The translations under genes were made by a program, and so were the position numbers. Below the pieces are notes generated by a model. It was not told where the DNA came from, made no database searches, and saw nothing but the letters and a program-made list of their open reading frames with translations. From positions 1 through 46,506 of IMG/VR virus record IMGVR_UViG_2554235504_000004: a DNA stretch of 46,506 nucleotides; one strand, given 5' to 3'. Source of the stretch: a virus. Positions within the stretch are counted from its first letter, which is position 1, and every line of letters starts with the position of its first letter. Shown here in pieces: positions 41,181 through 46,506 of the stretch.

Positions 41181-41987
41181 ATGCCAGATCAGACATCACG
41201 ATTAGGACTCGACACGTATAGCCAAGGGGAGTCATGGGATCACACGGACACAGTCCAGGCCGTCGACAAACACGCGATTGTCCACGGCCCGATTGCCGAC
41301 CGCCCGTCGACGGGAGACTATGACGATGAACTCTATCACGCGACGGACCAGAATATCACGTGGCGCTGGGACAGTGACTCAGGGGACTGGGAGTTTTTCA
41401 GCGGTCAAGGGAGTTCCAGCCAACCAGTCCCTGGAATATCTAAATATGAAGCATTAGACGCTGGAACTACGACGGATACATATGAATCCGTTTTACGGAT
41501 CTTCCGGAATGGATCACCCGTCGGTTGGTTGGATAACTCTGGCACAAACGCTCGATTAAAGGCCGCATCGGGTTCAAGTGCTATGATTATCAATAATAGC
41601 GACCAAGGTATTGAGATTACTCCCGGCGGAACGATTGATTTCAGCGCTGGAAATATCCTCAATATGGATGTGGGGCCGCAAGATGACACGTTCGACAATC
41701 CACTCCGGATTTTGAGGAACGGCAGCCCGGTTGGTTGGTTCGACAACTCCGGGTCTGACTTGAGAGTGAAATCTGCATCTGGCTCAAGTGTCCGTCTCAT
41801 CAACAACAATAACAACGGAGTTGAGGTCACACCGAGTGACAAAATTAGCTTCGGAGGGAATGACGTAGGTGATATGCCCCAGTACTCCGACGATACGGCA
41901 CCACCGAACGATACGATGTTTTTCGATACCACAGATTCTCAACTCGAGTACAAAGACCCGAGCGGCAACAACCATGTTCTGGGTTGA
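41181..41987 (+). CDS. Tail fibre protein 1 with two internal repeat modules of about 70 aa
   Basis: The N-terminus TSRLGLDTYSQGESWDHTD...DKHA is a typical fibre start. The LRI(F/L)RNGSPVGW(L/F)DNSG...(K)(A/S)ASGSS... module occurs twice, at aa 101-165 and 171-232. Confidence 0.65.
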   Translation: MPDQTSRLGLDTYSQGESWDHTDTVQAVDKHAIVHGPIADRPSTGDYDDELYHATDQNITWRWDSDSGDWEFFSGQGSSSQPVPGISKYEALDAGTTTDTYESVLRIFRNGSPVGWLDNSGTNARLKAASGSSAMIINNSDQGIEITPGGTIDFSAGNILNMDVGPQDDTFDNPLRILRNGSPVGWFDNSGSDLRVKSASGSSVRLINNNNNGVEVTPSDKISFGGNDVGDMPQYSDDTAPPNDTMFFDTTDSQLEYKDPSGNNHVLG

Positions 41988-42038
41988 TGTTCCGGATAAG
42001 GTATGGCATCGAAAGGGAACTTGCGACACTATTAAACT

Positions 42039-42317
42039 ATGACAACTTGGGTAGAGAGTAGTAACACGCTTCAAGACGGTTCACCAGTATCGCGCCGAAT
42101 CAAAATTGACGAGATATCAGAGGAGGTCTGGTTCACCGACAACGCCTATGCAGAGGTCAGTGATGACGTAGCTGATATCCTCGCGAATAACCTCGATAGT
42201 ATCACCAAAGTCTCGGAACCCTCCGATCCGGGGACGTACTATAATGAGGACAACGCTAATACGACGATCGAGATAATTGTCGAGGATGGTACGTTCGATG
42301 CTGTTACTGCCGAAGTC
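42039..42317. repeat. Diverged direct repeat encoding the shared fibre N-terminal anchor, copy 1 (partner 44033-44311)
   Basis: Includes identical runs such as gtctggttcaccgacaacgcctatgcagaggtcagtga and aatacgacgatcgagataattgtcgaggatgg. The upstream attaaac(t/a)ATG is also shared. Confidence 0.85.
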
Positions 42318-43139
42318 GGAGACATTGATGATCTGAGCACCGAGCAGATGTTTGTCCTTCCGACTGACCTCTCACAAGTCAGTGGCTCGGACACCACACT
42401 CCACCTGCACGATGGGACGAACTCGATTACGCTCGCAGACGGATCGACGACGAGCAATGTCGGGTACTATCGCTGGGACGAAAGTGCATCTGGATGGAGG
42501 CAGATAGGCCAGGACGCAGACACAGTCGACGGCTATCACGGCGACCAGCTCGCGAAACTCGCAGGAGACACGTTCACTGGCTCCGTACGTGTTGATACGG
42601 ACGGAGAAGATGCGCTTCTCGAACTCCTAACGGCCGCTGGCTCACAGTACTTCCCGACTCTCCATCTTGGTGGAGATCAAGATAACGGCATTCGGTCCCA
42701 GCACGAGCCAGACACGGGTATGGGACGTATTGGGACCGTCGATGCAGGGACGTTTACGGGTATCCTCAACTTCGACCCGGCTGCTGGGAATGCCTCTTTT
42801 GAGCACGTCCGTGACATCGACGTAGGATCATATGATGATTCGTTTGAGTCGGCGCTTCGAGTCCTTCGGAATGGAAGCGCAGTCGGATGGCTCGATAACT
42901 CGGGCTCTAATGTGCGTCTCAAGGCAGCGGCATCATCGAGCGCAGAGCTAATCAACAATAACAACAACGGACTCGAAGTCACTCCGAGTGATAAAATTAG
43001 CCTCGGTGGGAATGACTTTGGGGATCTTGCCGAATACTCTGATGACACTGCCCCATCCAATAGCACTCTATTCTTTGACACCACCGACTCACAAGTAGAG
43101 TACAAAGATTCGAACGGAACAAACCACGTTCTTGGGTGA
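42039..43139 (+). CDS. Tail fibre protein 2 (shared N-anchor with fibre 3, shared C-module with fibre 1)
   Basis: The first ~93 aa nearly match those of 44033-45526. The last 98 aa are homologous to the last 98 aa of 41181-41987. Confidence 0.65.
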   Translation: MTTWVESSNTLQDGSPVSRRIKIDEISEEVWFTDNAYAEVSDDVADILANNLDSITKVSEPSDPGTYYNEDNANTTIEIIVEDGTFDAVTAEVGDIDDLSTEQMFVLPTDLSQVSGSDTTLHLHDGTNSITLADGSTTSNVGYYRWDESASGWRQIGQDADTVDGYHGDQLAKLAGDTFTGSVRVDTDGEDALLELLTAAGSQYFPTLHLGGDQDNGIRSQHEPDTGMGRIGTVDAGTFTGILNFDPAAGNASFEHVRDIDVGSYDDSFESALRVLRNGSAVGWLDNSGSNVRLKAAASSSAELINNNNNGLEVTPSDKISLGGNDFGDLAEYSDDTAPSNSTLFFDTTDSQVEYKDSNGTNHVLG

Positions 43140-44029
43140 TTGCCGTGCGAGTATACTCAGGAGAAGTCCGGCAAGGGTTGTCTGGTTGGGACATCAACTC
43201 TGACCAAGAGCTATGCAGCGTCGACGGTACTTGGCTGGACTCAATTCCGTTAGTCGTCGGAGACAATATCCGTCTCACGAGTACCGATAACGGTAACGAC
43301 GCGTCTTACACAATCGCACGGACTCACGACGATAGTGGTAGTCAATACGTCCGGATGGGGTCGCCCGCTCGCGATCGACTCTATGATAGCAACACGACAA
43401 CCCCCGATACGTTCGGTTGCGAGTTCATCGCGAGTATCCCTCATCAGACGAGTAAATCGGAAGCAGAAGCAGATTCACGAGGAGAGTTGTGGGAACAAAC
43501 CGTATCACACCCTTCTCATGAGTTTGTCGCAACCGCCCCCCATGCTGGCGATGTAGAGTATAACACAGGGTACCAGGCCCGCAAATGTCACGAGTATCTT
43601 GCAAACAGTTCCTTGTGGGTCTGCGATAGTCATGGTGGGGTCAACGGAGCATTTGACCGCTGGCACATCACATCTACTGATGTTAGCTCTTCGTCGTATC
43701 CTGGGCTGACTAGACTCGAATCAGTCGGATATACTGCCGCAGTGTCGTTCCACGGCTATTCGGGAGATACAGTATTAGTTGGGGGTAGAGCCCCCGATAC
43801 CGTCAAGCAAAAAATAGTGGACTCTCTGAATGAACTCGGCGGAGCAACGGCGGAGGTTGTTGGGGAGGGTGACTCTCTGAGTGGGACTGATACATCCAAC
43901 TATGTCAATCAGATAACCCAGTCAGGTGATGACGGTATCCAACTCGAACAACCCTATTCCTTCCGGGATAACTACGCAGAGGAATCGGCACGACGTGTTG
44001 CAAAAGTAATCCTACAGTACTACGATTAA
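43136..44029 (+). CDS. PghP-type poly-gamma-glutamate hydrolase family protein (PF05908-like) with an N-terminal extension of about 125 aa
   Basis: The blocks APHAGDVEYNTG, DRWHITSTD, AAVSFHGYSGDTVLVGG and DDGIQLEQ line up with the conserved blocks of Bacillus phage PhiNIT1 PghP (PHAGGIEVGT, LHVTSTHFD, AVSFHGY..NTLVGG, GVQLE). The GTG start overlaps the stop of fibre 2. Confidence 0.7.
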   Translation: MIAVRVYSGEVRQGLSGWDINSDQELCSVDGTWLDSIPLVVGDNIRLTSTDNGNDASYTIARTHDDSGSQYVRMGSPARDRLYDSNTTTPDTFGCEFIASIPHQTSKSEAEADSRGELWEQTVSHPSHEFVATAPHAGDVEYNTGYQARKCHEYLANSSLWVCDSHGGVNGAFDRWHITSTDVSSSSYPGLTRLESVGYTAAVSFHGYSGDTVLVGGRAPDTVKQKIVDSLNELGGATAEVVGEGDSLSGTDTSNYVNQITQSGDDGIQLEQPYSFRDNYAEESARRVAKVILQYYD

Positions 44030-44032
44030 ACA

Positions 44033-44311
44033 ATGACAACCTGGTTAGAGAGTAGTAACACACTCCAAGATGGAACTCCAGTATCACGCCGAATAAAGAT
44101 TCCCGAAATCTCTGAAGAAGTCTGGTTCACCGACAACGCCTATGCAGAGGTCAGTGACGACGTAGCAGACATCCTAGCGAATAACATTGGCAGTATCAGT
44201 AAAGTCAGTGAGCCAACCGATCCAGGGACGTACTACAATGACGACAACGCGAATACGACGATCGAGATAATTGTCGAGGATGGAACGTTCGATGCACTGA
44301 CTGCGGAGTCT
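44033..44311. repeat. Diverged direct repeat encoding the shared fibre N-terminal anchor, copy 2
   Basis: See 42039-42317. Confidence 0.85.
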
Positions 44312-45526
44312 GTCGACGCTGATACAGCTACGATCACAGCCACGGATACGACTGGCGAACTCCAAACACAACGTGACGTTGAATCGTGGTATTCGACACG
44401 CGGTGGGCCTGTGGCAACGATGCCTCCCGCTGCTTCGTTGTTCGAGGATCTATCTGAGTGGTATGTCTCTGTCGGGTCGTTGAGTGCATCGACGAACAAC
44501 GTGTACCGTGGGAGTCAAAGCGGCCATCTGACTTCTCCGGATAGCGATACTGCCGTTATCAGATACACGTTTAGTTCGGCAGTTGACCTAACGAACATCA
44601 ACCCGTCGATCAGTGCTCGCTCACCAGTCGATAAGCTACTTCGGGTTGAAGTCCGATATCGAGATTCGAACGGGAATACCGTTACCCACCGAAATCTCTA
44701 CGCTCAGAAGAACGCGGTCGGCGAGTGGGCGCGGCATGATCTTGGCGTCTCGAACGATGGTGGTGTCGACCTCACGGCTGTTAGCGAGGTAGATGTTCGG
44801 ATCATCACGAATGACGGTTCGAACGGGATCGACGTATATCTCGATGATCTACGGTTCGTCGAAGGCTTAGACAAGGGTATTGTTATTCTCACTTACGACG
44901 ATGGGCGAAGTTCGGTCTATGAGAACGCGCTTCCGAATCACGAGAAGTACGGTTTACCGGGCGGGATCGGTGTAATGACTGGTTCGGTTGGTGATTCGGG
45001 ATACATGACGTGGGACCAGATCGGAGAGTTCGAAGCTGCGGGGTGGGACGTGAACAACCACCAAGTCACGAACACTGATCTGACTGGAATGACCGAATCT
45101 GAGGTTGATGAACAGCTCCGCCCGGCGAAGCGAGAGCTTATCGAGAACGGCGTCACGAACGGTCTCGATGTGGTGTACTACAGGGGTGGGAATTACGATA
45201 CCACAGCGGTTGAAGCAACGGAGAAACATGCGGACTTAGCGTTCACCACAGGGTCTAAGTCAAGCGCGGTCACGTCGCCAGCCCCAACATCGCCGTTAAC
45301 GATGAATCGTTGGTTCCCGCGTAGCGATACGGCGGGCGTCTCAACGATGCTGGATTATGCCGAGACCTATAACGACCTTCTCGTCTTGGGCTGGCATACG
45401 GTTGGAACGACAGACGACGAGATCACAACCGCAGACCATGACTCGGTATTGAGCGATATTGTAAGTCGCAATCTGACGGTTCTCACTCCGAGTCAATTCG
45501 CCGCCACGCAGTCAAATCACTGGTGA
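44033..45526 (+). CDS. Tail fibre protein 3: shared N-anchor + CBM-like beta-sandwich + NodB/CE4 polysaccharide deacetylase domain
   Basis: NodB motifs LTYDDG, GWDVNNHQV, YYRGGNY and LVLGWHTV lie at aa 282-490. A jelly-roll-like middle region (VYRGSQSGHL...IDVYLDDLRFVEG) spans aa 135-278. Confidence 0.7.
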   Translation: MTTWLESSNTLQDGTPVSRRIKIPEISEEVWFTDNAYAEVSDDVADILANNIGSISKVSEPTDPGTYYNDDNANTTIEIIVEDGTFDALTAESVDADTATITATDTTGELQTQRDVESWYSTRGGPVATMPPAASLFEDLSEWYVSVGSLSASTNNVYRGSQSGHLTSPDSDTAVIRYTFSSAVDLTNINPSISARSPVDKLLRVEVRYRDSNGNTVTHRNLYAQKNAVGEWARHDLGVSNDGGVDLTAVSEVDVRIITNDGSNGIDVYLDDLRFVEGLDKGIVILTYDDGRSSVYENALPNHEKYGLPGGIGVMTGSVGDSGYMTWDQIGEFEAAGWDVNNHQVTNTDLTGMTESEVDEQLRPAKRELIENGVTNGLDVVYYRGGNYDTTAVEATEKHADLAFTTGSKSSAVTSPAPTSPLTMNRWFPRSDTAGVSTMLDYAETYNDLLVLGWHTVGTTDDEITTADHDSVLSDIVSRNLTVLTPSQFAATQSNHW

Positions 45527-45532
45527 AACACC

Positions 45533-46506
45533 ATGTTTAACGCACTCCTTGAACTCCTCAAACTCATCTTTGGGGGGACAGACAACGACAGTGGCAACGA
45601 CAACGAACAACCAGAGCCAGACGAACCAGACACTCAGCCTACTCCCGAACCGGAGCCCGAGCCTGAACCCGCACCTGAACCAGAACTTGAGCCGCTGGGT
45701 CTCCTCGAAGACTCGAGCGCGCAAAAGGGACAGACACGTCACTCTGGCGTCCGAATCCGCACGAAACAGGCCCTCGAAGGGCTGGAATGTCGCCTCTCCG
45801 ATCGGACTAGCGGCGTGACGATGGCCTACCTCAAGACGGTACCCGGCGAAATAATTGAGTCTCAGCCGATCACTGATCGGACAGTTCGCTTCACGAGTTC
45901 GCTTGAATCTGACTCGGGCTATCAGGTCGTCTGTGCTGCGGGCGGCAACGTCTACGAGAGAGGTCGCCGTATCGTCGACTATCCCGTCAAGAGCGAAGCC
46001 CTGGACGCAACACACGGGATTTACTCGTCCGGCGGCTCTCAGAGCCGCAAATATCGCTATAACTTCGCCGAGATTCAGCCTCTCACTGACAGTCCGAGAG
46101 ACGCGCCTGTAGCCGGCGTGAGCGAGGGCGAACCCAAGCCGGACTATCACTCGCAAAAGCTCCGGGAGACGACGAGGGCCGAACGCTGCCACATTGTGCG
46201 GACGGGTGATGGGGATGGGGACGCACTCCAGGTCAACTATCCCGAGGGAGAGACCGACGGCATTAATGAACGTGTCTATCTCGAAAACGCAGTTGGCTAC
46301 GAGCCAGAGGTAGCACACGCGCGGTATGAGTTGTATGTTCCCGATGACTGGGAAGTGTGGAACGACGGGATCAATGGAGGGACGAAACTCCCAGGATGGG
46401 CTAATCAGGCCGAGGGTGGCGCTTCTGGCGGACATCACAACCAGGGTGCCGCCTGGTCCTGCCGGATGAACACACCTTGTCAGGGCGGCACTTACGACGG
46501 TTCAGA
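45533..46506 (+). CDS. Polysaccharide-lyase-like protein (PF14099/PL14-type), N-terminal and central part; open at the window end and continuing at 90-453
   Basis: My translation from ATG 45533 has no stop up to 46506 and is in frame with 49-453 across the 89-bp overlap, giving about 445 aa in total. It has a hydrophobic N-terminus MFNALLELLKLIFGG and a PEPEPEPEP linker. The ORF track missed it because it lacks a stop inside the window. Confidence 0.6.
   Translation, partial: MFNALLELLKLIFGGTDNDSGNDNEQPEPDEPDTQPTPEPEPEPEPAPEPELEPLGLLEDSSAQKGQTRHSGVRIRTKQALEGLECRLSDRTSGVTMAYLKTVPGEIIESQPITDRTVRFTSSLESDSGYQVVCAAGGNVYERGRRIVDYPVKSEALDATHGIYSSGGSQSRKYRYNFAEIQPLTDSPRDAPVAGVSEGEPKPDYHSQKLRETTRAERCHIVRTGDGDGDALQVNYPEGETDGINERVYLENAVGYEPEVAHARYELYVPDDWEVWNDGINGGTKLPGWANQAEGGASGGHHNQGAAWSCRMNTPCQGGTYDGS
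46418..46506. repeat. Terminal redundancy copy 2 (identical to 1-89)
   Basis: Same 89-bp string as the window start. It may be an assembly overlap of a circular or permuted genome, or a short direct terminal repeat. Confidence 0.95.

Larger units (their letters stand above)
1..46506. mobile_element. Complete genome of a tailed (siphovirus-like, HK97-fold) haloarchaeal virus; unit length 46,417 bp plus 89-bp terminal overlap
   Basis: Full set of terminase, portal, capsid, tail and replication genes. There is an exact 89-bp repeat at both window ends with an ORF reading through it. Predicted proteins are acidic, halophile-type. Confidence 0.85.

Noticed and set aside
45512-46438. 308-aa minus-strand ORF at the window end
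   Set aside because: It is antisense to the junction-spanning lyase-like gene, which has recognisable motifs and continues in frame into 1-453. The minus product is basic and low-complexity.

Overview
The window is a complete genome of about 46.4 kb from a tailed, HK97-type, siphovirus-like virus of a halophilic archaeon. Bases 1-89 are repeated exactly at 46418-46506, and one ORF (45533 to window end, continuing to 453) reads in frame through that junction. The contig is therefore circularly closed, circularly permuted or terminally redundant, with a unit length of 46,417 bp. The haloarchaeal assignment rests on several signals: very acidic predicted proteins, a Tat lipobox lipoprotein, phiH1-repressor-like and 'LLSNSRRRAAL'-type winged-helix regulators, CPxCG-type mini zinc fingers, an MCM helicase and mostly leaderless, tightly overlapping genes. 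Layout: (i) 454-10,900 is a mosaic accessory and regulatory arm with about 10 strand switches. It holds four wHTH regulators, RHH and AbrB-like proteins, a Dam-like methyltransferase coupled to a small nuclease-fold ORF, a Tat lipoprotein and a T5orf172 protein behind a structured leader. (ii) 10,900-21,000 is a single-strand early/replication block: an RHH protein, MCM, a possible ERF-like annealing protein and about 35 small ORFs, many of them zinc ribbons. (iii) 21,100-46,506 wrapping to 453 is the late block. It runs from a second Dam-like methyltransferase through TerS, TerL, portal, MuF-like protein, protease/scaffold, decoration protein, major capsid protein, connectors, major tail protein, G/GT chaperone with a canonical GGGAAAC -1 slippery site, tape measure and distal tail proteins, to a modular fibre cassette. 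That cassette carries three different envelope-acting enzyme domains: a PghP-type poly-gamma-glutamate hydrolase, a NodB/CE4 deacetylase and a PF14099-type polysaccharide-lyase-like domain. I recognised no integrase, transposase, tRNA, rRNA or CRISPR array. All family calls come from motif recognition by eye. No database search was run, and small-ORF coordinates below the 60-aa track threshold are my own translations.
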